From: Planctomycetota bacterium
GTDB lineage: Bacteria; Planctomycetota; UBA1135; UBA2386
Direction of reading: 5' to 3'
Length of the DNA: 64,000 nt
Assembly (NCBI GenBank): GCA_020638655.1
Contig: JACKIC010000011.1
Coordinates: 40,890-104,889, forward strand
In this document: positions 27,301 to 35,200 of the stretch, piece after piece
Layout: every line of letters begins with the position of its first letter
Numbering within the stretch: position 1 is the first letter of the stretch
Translations under genes and position numbers: made by a program
The notes under the pieces: generated by a model
The model's database searches: none
What the model was told of the DNA's origin: nothing
Seen by the model: only the letters and a program-made list of their open reading frames with translations

Positions 27301-28332
27301 AACCGGCAGATCGCCACCACGTCGAGCGCTGACGCCTTCACGGGCGGCCTCGTCGGCAACGTCGCGCTGCCGCTGCTGGCCGACTTCTGGGCCTACTGCG
27401 ACTCGTCCGAGCTGCCTGCCGGCAACGGCTACACGGCGCTCGGCGTGAACGGTTGGCAGGTCTCGGTCACCGTGCAGTCGAGCCCGGTGCCGAACTTCCG
27501 CATCGTGTCGGCCGGCCGGCCACCGAGCCCGAGCGGTCCGGCGCAGTGCATCGGTCCGGGCAGCTCGCAGTGGAACAGCGCCTCGGGTGGCTGGACGCCG
27601 GGTGGCTCCACCAACCCGACCGCGACCGCCAACGCCGACAACACGCTCTACTGGATCATGATGGACGTGCTCAAGCGTCAGAGCGTGATCACCAACGGCT
27701 TCCTCGACATCAACAACCCCAACCGCGTGCCGGAAGGGTACTCCGACCCGCGCCTGGGCCCGTTCTATCTGGCCGGTGGTGTGAGCACGCGACCCAACGA
27801 CGTCGTGCCGGTGTTCGGCTACGAGTTCGACCCGCCGCTGTCGAGCCTGCCTGGCGGCACCTCGGTGGTGCCGCAGTTCCGCGCTGCGGGACCGGTCGAT
27901 GGCACGCCGTGGTACTGGCAGAAGTGGATCTCCACCGCGAACGCGCTGTTCCCGGCGGATCCCTACAACCAGCAGGACGCGCGCAACCAGCTCAAGCCGA
28001 CCGCCGACAACTTCCCGCTCGATCCCTACAAGGCCGGCGACGCCCACATCCGCAAGTGGGACTCGCGACCGATCCCGGGCACGTCGACGGCGCGCAACTG
28101 GTGGACCTACTTCTACAACCGCACGGTCACCAGCTACGTGTCGGACCCCAACCAGCTCGTCGATCCCGCCTACACGCTGCAGTTCGCGGGCCCGAACGAG
28201 ACGTTCACCCCGGCGGACGTGCGCTACGTCAACTGGCGGTTCGTGACCACCAACAACACCGACGCGCAGCCGCCGGTCAGCCCGGTGATCGAGACCTTCG
28301 CCCTGTCGTACCGCTTCCAGCGCGTGCAGTAG
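24397..28332 (+). CDS. giant predicted lipoprotein A (family 1), function unknown
   Basis: 1311 aa with RBS GAGGA at -9. Signal peptide and lipobox 'LAAALAFPAC' are followed by 'SGSGGGS'. Ig-like (SbsA/Big_5-style) segments carry 'ILDLAGN'. It is a clear paralogue of C. Confidence 0.85.
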   Translation: MAFNPRESRSHDVLQPARVSSRRAATVAVLAAALAFPACSGSGGGSTGGATPGTAHAELQRIEFGRLADVYGYQVTPEGQSIALFARDVLIGPDIEDERGTNEVKRDDEILFDFIGSDPDTLQPRLFIPRDMTSNAFKTAFERLDDQVREVTPMVFGTSGPGRPFGVVPRNAAIRLVFSGDLGVDDAFFVNRDANGQVTGLRNTEAVQLLQIVGDPTQLGGFSPVPARIVVGARTLILDPVLLGTEGQQFQTANNAAGLPASPDQVGANIRVALALEGPLSMPSLREPTTTGLRGINNSGRAAIVRDFRSGNSNDNSADISRGFVRDALPLRIVGEIVMYLEAVDSVNEFTQEITVYKNGVSHEIDRGDVFRIVSDSSGIPFGAAEVVVDPDDDQGQPDVQHVRVRIRRLEGLENLDPRNIPGYPSNVAQREPWLVENAPKAICVAEFRAGTGPNNATPPGDGDNPEVFISFTPEPLPNLDGSKPDPNEFVSPYAGAVVRFTKPVDMSTVKWADTFFFAMRDLTSQSSIDDFIAHVPNNNNGQGMDPAQFNAAKFRTPYLVTARVFDEDGSQTALRLQPTSGFFLNDAMRNPAPNTDFRFFLHLIADSAEGGILDLAGNRVDLQGTTAALGNDVVIPFTVDTRMNGAQPFFPDNVSINIVRRFADRDEDAMPSYFQPSEVQAPGTPPTAASYPLEDLFGGFVYIDGKLQARPTSRVRVVADNLNQAPVGAQGTVLQWCPPSVSGEGQVASNSATQVVNAGIQNPLNPYGCRLQTLWREVDLSLSRSDPFDFNLDIEQMYWAPYTGTTLVFDEFDRASLFLGHSEFRPAPCVGDFSSLPSLPNSGLRTGFQKNFVWNPEPTGGGATIESQPSPHPAYVDAPLTIDPSTIVYEVNQVNRFLPLPTFQKPYFVYRDETMVEQGNDAGTGSDVTPGTYNPYILSPFEQGQGRRWVDLDAGVTFVNSFWNDAPNRQIATTSSADAFTGGLVGNVALPLLADFWAYCDSSELPAGNGYTALGVNGWQVSVTVQSSPVPNFRIVSAGRPPSPSGPAQCIGPGSSQWNSASGGWTPGGSTNPTATANADNTLYWIMMDVLKRQSVITNGFLDINNPNRVPEGYSDPRLGPFYLAGGVSTRPNDVVPVFGYEFDPPLSSLPGGTSVVPQFRAAGPVDGTPWYWQKWISTANALFPADPYNQQDARNQLKPTADNFPLDPYKAGDAHIRKWDSRPIPGTSTARNWWTYFYNRTVTSYVSDPNQLVDPAYTLQFAGPNETFTPADVRYVNWRFVTTNNTDAQPPVSPVIETFALSYRFQRVQ

Positions 28333-28350
28333 GCGCTCGCTCGCCCGAGA

Positions 28351-28402
28351 GACCGCCCGGCCATTCCCCGGGCCGGCGGTCGCCAACCGCTCTTTTCCTC
28401 TC
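28351..28402 (+). terminator. imperfect GC hairpin plus T-rich tract after gene A
   Basis: 'gaccgcccggccattccccgggccggcggtc' forms an interrupted stem and is followed by 'gccaaccgctcttttcctct'. Confidence 0.4.
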
Positions 28403-28558
28403 CCCTCCCCTGTCTCGGCTGGTCGTGCCCATGGCGTGGCCGGTTCCCCTGGACCCGACAATCTCCCCCTCAGAGGTCGTGCCCAGGGGGTAGACTCCTG
28501 CCGGCCCGCGCCCTCGCGGGTCTGCATCCAGATCTCGAGCCCTGATCCCCAGAGTGTT

Positions 28559-28579
28559 TGGCGGAAGTCACTTCCGCCA
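28559..28579. promoter_or_regulatory. perfect 10-1-10 palindrome upstream of gene B
   Basis: TGGCGGAAGT-c-ACTTCCGCCA lies 34 nt upstream of the B start codon. A second small hairpin, gccct-agcg-agggc, lies at 28588-28601. Confidence 0.4.
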
Positions 28580-28612
28580 GGCAAGACGCCCTAGCGAGGG
28601 CGCATTCGCACC

Positions 28613-31600
28613 ATGAATCGAGTGAATCATGCCCGGCTGTTCTCCCTGGCCGTCCTGAGCGCCCTCGTCGGCTGTTCGGGCGGTGGCTCCACGACCGGCT
28701 CCTTGCAGTCCGGTGGGGGGTTCGTCGTGTTGCAGACCGAGCCGCTCAACAACGCTCGGCTCTACCTCAACGACCCGATCAGCATCGACTTCACCAGGAA
28801 GGTGGACCTGTCGTCGGTCAACCTGAACACGTTCTCGTTCCAGGTGCTCGACCAGACCGGGACGGCGGTGTTCGAGCCGGTCGCGGGTGACTTCGCCCTG
28901 GCCACGAGCCCGGGCGACACCGACGTCGGCCGCCGGCTGCAGTTCGTGCCGCGCTTCCCGACCAACAACACCTTCGACAACGGCGGGTTCCGCCCGGGCC
29001 GCACCTACATCGTGCAGCTGGTCGGTGGCAATCAGTTGAACGGCACGGTCATCCGCGACCAGGGTGGCAAGGGGCTGAGCCAGGCGTTCTCGTTCCGCTG
29101 CCAGACCGCCGAGGGCTCGACGCCGAACCAGCTGTTCCGCAACACGGTGCCCGGCGGTCCGCGCCGCGCGGCGCTCGAGATCTCGCCGACTCCGGACGCG
29201 TCGGGCGTCTCCCTGAACAAGCTCGGCTCGCCGCCCGTGGAGGTCCGCCTGGTCTTCGATCAGGCCCTCAACCCGAACAGCGACAACGTGCCGACCGCGG
29301 TGCAGACGAACCCGCTGCTGCGCAGCGCCAACGCGCGCGGCCGCGTCTTCCTCGAGTACGACGACCCCGAGCGCGGCGTCAACACGTGGATCCCCTCCGA
29401 CGTCGAGCTCGAGAGCAACGGCCTCGATGGCTCGACCCTGGTGCTGCGTCCCGTCGGCGTGCTGCCGAACAACGCGACCGTGCGCGTCATCGTCGAGAGC
29501 ACGCTCGAGGACATCTCGGGTGAGTCGAACGTCTCCAACGCGGCCTACGAGCGCATCTTCGGCACCTTCCAGACCAAGCGTTCCTACGAACAGCAGTTCG
29601 ATGCGCTGGTCAACGACTTCCAGACCGCCGCGTCGGTCGACTTCGAAGCCCCGTTCTCCGAGCCCGTGGCCGAGGTCGGCCCCGGCTACATCAAGGCGGG
29701 CTTCGCCTTCGAAGGCACGCAGACGACGATCGAGTACGAGCCGACGCTGCGCGACACCATCCTGAACACCGACTTCACGCAGGTCGTGCCGAAGGTCGGC
29801 ACGCCCTACAACGTCTCGGGCGGCGTCTTCAACTTCAAGAACGTCAAGATCCCGGCGGGCGTCAAGGTCCAGGGGCAGGGCACCAACCCGATGGTGTTCC
29901 TGGTCTCCGGCTCGTTCGAGATCGAAGGCGAACTGTCGGTGCGCGGCGGCGACGGCACGCGCGTCAACTCCTCGGGGACCGCCTACCTGCCCAAGGCGGG
30001 CGGCGTCGGTGTGTGCGCCGGCGGTGACGGCGGCGACGGTTCGCCCAGCGCGACCCAGCGCGACCTGCAGGGCGGCACCGGCAAGGGGCCGCGCCAGGTG
30101 ACTGCCGGAGGCGGCGTCGGCGGCCGCCTGGCCTGCACCGCAGGCTGCATCCGCGGTTCGGGTGGTGGCGGTGGCTCGCTCGCCACGCAGGGTGACCCCA
30201 ACTACAAGCAGAAGACGATCGCTGCTGGCGCCGGTCCCGGCAACCCGCCGAACCCGCTGCCGATTTTCCAGCAGCAGGTTGGTATCGGCGGCAATGGCTG
30301 TGACGGCAGCGCCGGCACGGTGACCCGCACGCTGACCGGTGGCATCGCCGGCCCGATCGTGTTCGGCGACTCGCGCAACGACAACAACTTCTGGGGCTCG
30401 GCGATCAACGTCAACCGCAACCTGCGCATCACCGGCGAGCTGTCGCTGCCGATCGGCGGTGGCGGTGGTGGCGGCGGTGGCGACCTTTCCTACAACGGCA
30501 CCTGCACCGTCGAGGACGTCAACTTCCAGAACGACAGCAGCGGCGGCGGTGGTGGCGGCGGTGGCGGTGTGCTCATCGTCAAGGCGCTCGGCCCGATCAT
30601 CATCACCGAGTCCGGCCGCGTAACGGCGGACGGCGGCCATGGTGGCGGTGGTGAGCAGGGCGGTTCGTCGACCCGCGGCGGCGGCGGTGGTGGCGGCGCC
30701 GGCGGCATGGTCGTGCTGATGTCGGCGACTCGCATCGAGATCAACGCCCACGGCTCCAACGGCCTCTACACCTACGCGCAGAACAACTACGACTTCTCGG
30801 TCTCGGCGGACGGTGGCGTCTGCCGCACCGAGGAGAACAGCTCGCCGCGCGTGGTCAGCAAGTACCCGGCGAGCGGCCTGGCTGTGCTCGCGGGCTCGAG
30901 CTACGACGCCAAGCCGCTGGGTGGCTTCGGCGGCATGGGCATCGTGCAGCTGATGGCGCCCCCTGGCGACAACAGCGACAACTCGAACACGGTGCTCGAC
31001 GACAACATCCGTGTCTACCGCAACGGTCTCGAACTGACCGGCACGTCCACGCCGACCAAGCAGTCGATCCTGGCCTGGCGCGGCTTCCCGAACGCGCAGG
31101 GCCAGTTCGTCGACGACTTCGGCACGCCGACCAACATCGGCGACGACGAGGGCGACATCCGTCCCGCGCCGCTGCTCATGCCGGTGCCGTTCAGCAGCCA
31201 GACGCGTCTGCGCTCGAAGTGGCTGGACACCGGCGCCTCGCTGCGCCGCGCGCTGCTCGCCGACGACGGCCTGCCGCGCGGCATCGTCGAGGCGGGCGGT
31301 GCTCTCGCCGGCCCGACCTACCTGTTCGACGGCACCGATCCGGCCACGGGCTACGCGGTGTTCAACACCGCGGGTGACCGCGGCGAGAACGCGCAGGCCG
31401 TGTATCCCGCGGTCGGGCCGCAGACGGGCATCCTCAGCGTCGACAGCAACGCGACCTTCCAGGGTCGGCCGGCCTACCGCGTCGAACTGGACGCCGCGAC
31501 GCTCGGCGACGTGGTCGACCTCTACACCCAGTACGAAGCCGAGATGCTCGATGCCGCCGGCGACGTTCTGTATCGCAAGGCCGACGGGTCGGTGACCACG

Positions 31601-32074
31601 AGCTTCGTCGAGGGACTCGAGAAGGTCAGCTTCCGCATCTACTCGCACACGAACCGCGTGCTGACCCTCGCGACCGAAGCCGGGACGATCCCGGTCGAAG
31701 CCGCCAAGGTGCAGCTGCGCGCCAAGTTCTTCAAGTTCGTCACCAACGGGCGCGAAGGCCTCGGCGGCACCTACCCCGCGAGCGTCGGCCAGAGCCGCGT
31801 GCCGCTGTCGAACGTGCGCATCGGCTTCGCCTTCCACCAGGACCCGGCGAATCCTTCCGCACAGCGTTATCCGGCCCAGGCCGGCAGCTATGTCTACGAC
31901 CTGAACGACCCGGTCGTGAAGGAAGACATCCGTCAGCTCGGTGCGAGCTTCGTGCAGTGGGACATCTTCTTCGATTGCGCCTTCAAGAGCCTGCCCTCCG
32001 ACACGCCCCCGGCGTTCGGTCCGGGCTCGCCGCTGCCCGAACTGCACTTCCTCCGCCTCCCGTTCCGCTTCTGA
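28613..32074 (+). CDS. giant predicted lipoprotein B (family 2) with Ig-like N-terminus and poly-Gly beta-helix-like modules
   Basis: 1153 aa. Lipobox 'LSALVGC' is followed by 'SGGGS', then 'NDPISIDFTRKVDLSSVNLNTFSFQV'. Three runs of 7-9 consecutive Gly occur. The protein ends 'LHFLRLPFRF'. Confidence 0.85.
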   Translation: MNRVNHARLFSLAVLSALVGCSGGGSTTGSLQSGGGFVVLQTEPLNNARLYLNDPISIDFTRKVDLSSVNLNTFSFQVLDQTGTAVFEPVAGDFALATSPGDTDVGRRLQFVPRFPTNNTFDNGGFRPGRTYIVQLVGGNQLNGTVIRDQGGKGLSQAFSFRCQTAEGSTPNQLFRNTVPGGPRRAALEISPTPDASGVSLNKLGSPPVEVRLVFDQALNPNSDNVPTAVQTNPLLRSANARGRVFLEYDDPERGVNTWIPSDVELESNGLDGSTLVLRPVGVLPNNATVRVIVESTLEDISGESNVSNAAYERIFGTFQTKRSYEQQFDALVNDFQTAASVDFEAPFSEPVAEVGPGYIKAGFAFEGTQTTIEYEPTLRDTILNTDFTQVVPKVGTPYNVSGGVFNFKNVKIPAGVKVQGQGTNPMVFLVSGSFEIEGELSVRGGDGTRVNSSGTAYLPKAGGVGVCAGGDGGDGSPSATQRDLQGGTGKGPRQVTAGGGVGGRLACTAGCIRGSGGGGGSLATQGDPNYKQKTIAAGAGPGNPPNPLPIFQQQVGIGGNGCDGSAGTVTRTLTGGIAGPIVFGDSRNDNNFWGSAINVNRNLRITGELSLPIGGGGGGGGGDLSYNGTCTVEDVNFQNDSSGGGGGGGGGVLIVKALGPIIITESGRVTADGGHGGGGEQGGSSTRGGGGGGGAGGMVVLMSATRIEINAHGSNGLYTYAQNNYDFSVSADGGVCRTEENSSPRVVSKYPASGLAVLAGSSYDAKPLGGFGGMGIVQLMAPPGDNSDNSNTVLDDNIRVYRNGLELTGTSTPTKQSILAWRGFPNAQGQFVDDFGTPTNIGDDEGDIRPAPLLMPVPFSSQTRLRSKWLDTGASLRRALLADDGLPRGIVEAGGALAGPTYLFDGTDPATGYAVFNTAGDRGENAQAVYPAVGPQTGILSVDSNATFQGRPAYRVELDAATLGDVVDLYTQYEAEMLDAAGDVLYRKADGSVTTSFVEGLEKVSFRIYSHTNRVLTLATEAGTIPVEAAKVQLRAKFFKFVTNGREGLGGTYPASVGQSRVPLSNVRIGFAFHQDPANPSAQRYPAQAGSYVYDLNDPVVKEDIRQLGASFVQWDIFFDCAFKSLPSDTPPAFGPGSPLPELHFLRLPFRF
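30455..30707 (+). repeat. GGN-rich low-complexity coding segment (three poly-Gly tracts) inside gene B
   Basis: The tracts at 30455-30481, 30541-30567 and 30676-30707 encode G9, G9 and 'GGGGGGGAGG'. Each is followed by a hydrophobic strand ('VLIVKA', 'MVVLMSA'). Confidence 0.85.
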
Positions 32075-32269
32075 TCCGATCCGCGGCCTCAAACGCCGTT
32101 GCCAGCGAACGCTCGGCAGCGGCTGACGATGCCGCTCTCCAACTACCGATACCGGTCGTAACCGCCCTTTCGAGCGCGTCGCGACCTCTGACCCAAGCAC
32201 GAGATTCCCACACCACGACTGCTGCCGACGACCACGCGTCGCCGACACGATGACCTGGGGCACACTGAC

Positions 32270-35200
32270 ATGAAGCAACCCACGTTCCGATCCCGTCAGT
32301 TCGGTAGCCGCGCGCTCCCATTCGCGCTGGCGCTGGTGGCGGCCACTGCCTGTGGCGGGCCCAAGAGTGTCGGCTCACTCAGCCAGGACGCCGATCGTCC
32401 GACGCTGCTGAGCGTCCAACTGGGTCGCCTGGTCGACGTCTATTCCTACCAGCGCATCGACCCGACCAACGGCGACCGTCGCGATCGCTTCAATCGCCGC
32501 CTGACGTTGGTCGCCGAGAACCTGGTCATCAACCCCAACATCGAGTCGCAGTCGTTGTTCGACGCGGCCGGTGAGGAGCTGCCGGGCGCGAACTTCGAGT
32601 TCCGCACCTTCAGCAAGTCGGTCGGCCACGAGGAGCTCGTGATCCTGTGGGACGATCGCGCCGGGCCCGAGGCCGAGCGTTACCAGGCGGCGCTGCAGAT
32701 CGCCCAGGCGGGGCTGACCGAGCTGGCCCCGTCCTACCGCAACCAGAACACGCAGACGCGCCCGATCCCGATCGTGCCGCGCAACGCCGCGATCAAGCTG
32801 AACTTCAGCAGCCCGGTCAAGGCCGACGAGGCCTTCTTCGGGGTCAACCCGTCGGCGATCCAGCTGCTCGAGTTCAAGGGTGACCCGGCGGTCGTCGATC
32901 CGGTCAACGCGTTCCGCATCCTGCCCTATCGCCCGATCCCGCAGGGCTCGACGATCGTGCTGGACACCACCATCCTCGGTGGCGAAGGCGCCAACGGCCT
33001 GACCGTCGCCGGTCTGCCGGCGTCGTCCGACAACGTCACCGCGAACATCCGCGTGGCGATCCCCGTGCGCGGCGCGGTCGCGCCGTCGTTCTACGTCCGC
33101 GAGGACGCCGTCGCCGAGCTCAACGGCGTCGACAGCGCCGGGCGCAACTCGGTGATCCGCGACTTCCGTTCGGGCAACCTCAACGACGGCGTCGCCGGCC
33201 GCCTGCGCGAGTCCGAGCCGCCGATGATCGTCGGCAGCTTGCCGATGGGCATCACCGAGATCGACACGGTCAACAACGTCATCACGATCAACAAGCGCCT
33301 GCACTTCGTGCCGGTGCGCGGCCGCTTCCCGTTCGTCGACGGCCCGCTCGAGCAGAGTGGCATCCCCGCCGGTCCGTTCTCGGTGCCGATCTCGCGGCCG
33401 CTGCGCACGGGCGACATCCTGACGCAGACGCTGCAGGTGCAGATGCCGGACGGCTCGATCGAGTCGGTCGAGCTGCGCGCCGAGATCCTGCACAACCTCG
33501 AGGTCGGCACCGTCATCGGTGACCAGAACCTGCCGCGCCTCGGCCGGGTCGAGAACGGTCAGGGCGGTTCGGATCAGGGTGAGCGCCTGTCGGTCGTGCG
33601 CGTTCGCGTCGCCTCGCTCGAGGCCGGTCGCGACTCCCTCGGTCGCATGCACTCGTTCGAAGCCAGCAGCCTGCCCAACGGCCGCGACTGCGTGCTGCGG
33701 GCCCGCTACTACGACGAAGTCGCCTACGTCGGCAGCACGACCGAGTTCGTCAGCGATCGCGATTGGCGCCACGAGTTCGTGCGCATCGACCCGACCCCGT
33801 CGGGCGCGGTGCAGCCCGCCACGCAGGTGTCGCCGAATGCTTCGATCGCGGTCGAGTTCACCAAGCCGCTGGACCTCGATCAGGTCGACAACACCGACAA
33901 CTTCCTGGTCACCAACACCTCGATCCTGACCGAGTCCTTCGCGGTCCAGATGGGCGACGCCAAGCGCGCGACCGCGCGCATCGTGCCGACCCGCCTGACC
34001 GACCTGGCCGGTGACGGCACCGTGCTGCGTCTGCAGCCGCCGATGGGCTTCTTCCACAACACGGGCACGCCCGAGACCTACGCGGTGCACGTGCGCCTGG
34101 GTGGGGCCGGTGTGCTCGACCTCGCCGGCAACGCCGTGGACATCTTCGGCGACCTCGCCAATCCGTCGGACAGCTGGTCGGTCGACTTCTCGCTCGATGC
34201 GCAGGCCCTGACCAACCGGGTCGGCTGGCACACCTATACGATGACGAGCGAGGACGAAGACGGCTCGCTGCCGGGCTCGGTCGACATGTTCGGCCAGTAC
34301 CGTCTGCAGGACGGCCGCCTGTTCGCCGCCGCCGGTGTGCGCTTCAGCCGCACCGCCGACAACCAGAACCTGGCGACGATCAGCCGCATCCACCGCGGCG
34401 AGTGCTGGGATCCGGACTTCGATCCGACCGTCGGCAGCCCGCAGGGCGTGCCCGCGGCGCCCCTGGACGGCGCCGGTCTGCCGCACCCCGGTCTGCTCTA
34501 CTGGCAGCCGCGCATGTTCGATCAGATCGCGCCGCCGAACGTGCCGTCGGTCTACGAGTACTACCAGCAGCTGCCGCAGAACGTCGGCCGCGTGGTCGAG
34601 CCGCATCACCCCAACGGCTCGCGCCTGCAGATGCGCTACCTCGAGGACGACTTCTCGCTGAGCTACCGCCAGCCGTCGGAGTTCGGTCTCGACGTCGAGC
34701 AGATGTACTGGTCGCCCTTCAACGACGAGACCGTCTACTACGACGTGTTCGATCGCTACACGATGTCGCTCGCGCACACCGCGCGTCGCGCCGACGTGCG
34801 CTTCACGCTGATCCCCGGCGACTCGAGCGCGATGCCGCCGGTGCCGCCGGGCTGCCTGTTCAACTGCCCGAGCATGAACAGCGGCCTGTCGAGCGTGTTC
34901 GCTGACAACGTCCTGCCGGGCACCCAGGAGGTGCCGGTGTTCGAGGACAAGGTCTACAGCATCAACCCGAACCAGGCCTTCCGCTCGCCGCTGAACGTCA
35001 AGTACGTGCCCTACCCGCGCTTCGACCGCTCCTACACCTGGCGCGACTCGCGCCTGGTCACGGTCGACAACGCCGGCAACGTGATCGGCCTCGGCGGCGC
35101 CGAGCAGCCCGGTGCGCCGCAGCCCAACAACGACACCACGGCGAACATCGATTCGCCCTGGATCGCCAGCGTGCCGGATCCCGACTTCGTCAACGTCGGC

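Noticed and set aside
30455-30707. GGC/GGT-rich tracts as a non-coding microsatellite or phase-variable contingency locus.
   Set aside because: The tracts are in frame within a long ORF and use mixed Gly codons rather than a pure repeat unit. An equivalent Gly-rich grammar is conserved in paralogue E. I therefore interpret them as a selected protein feature.
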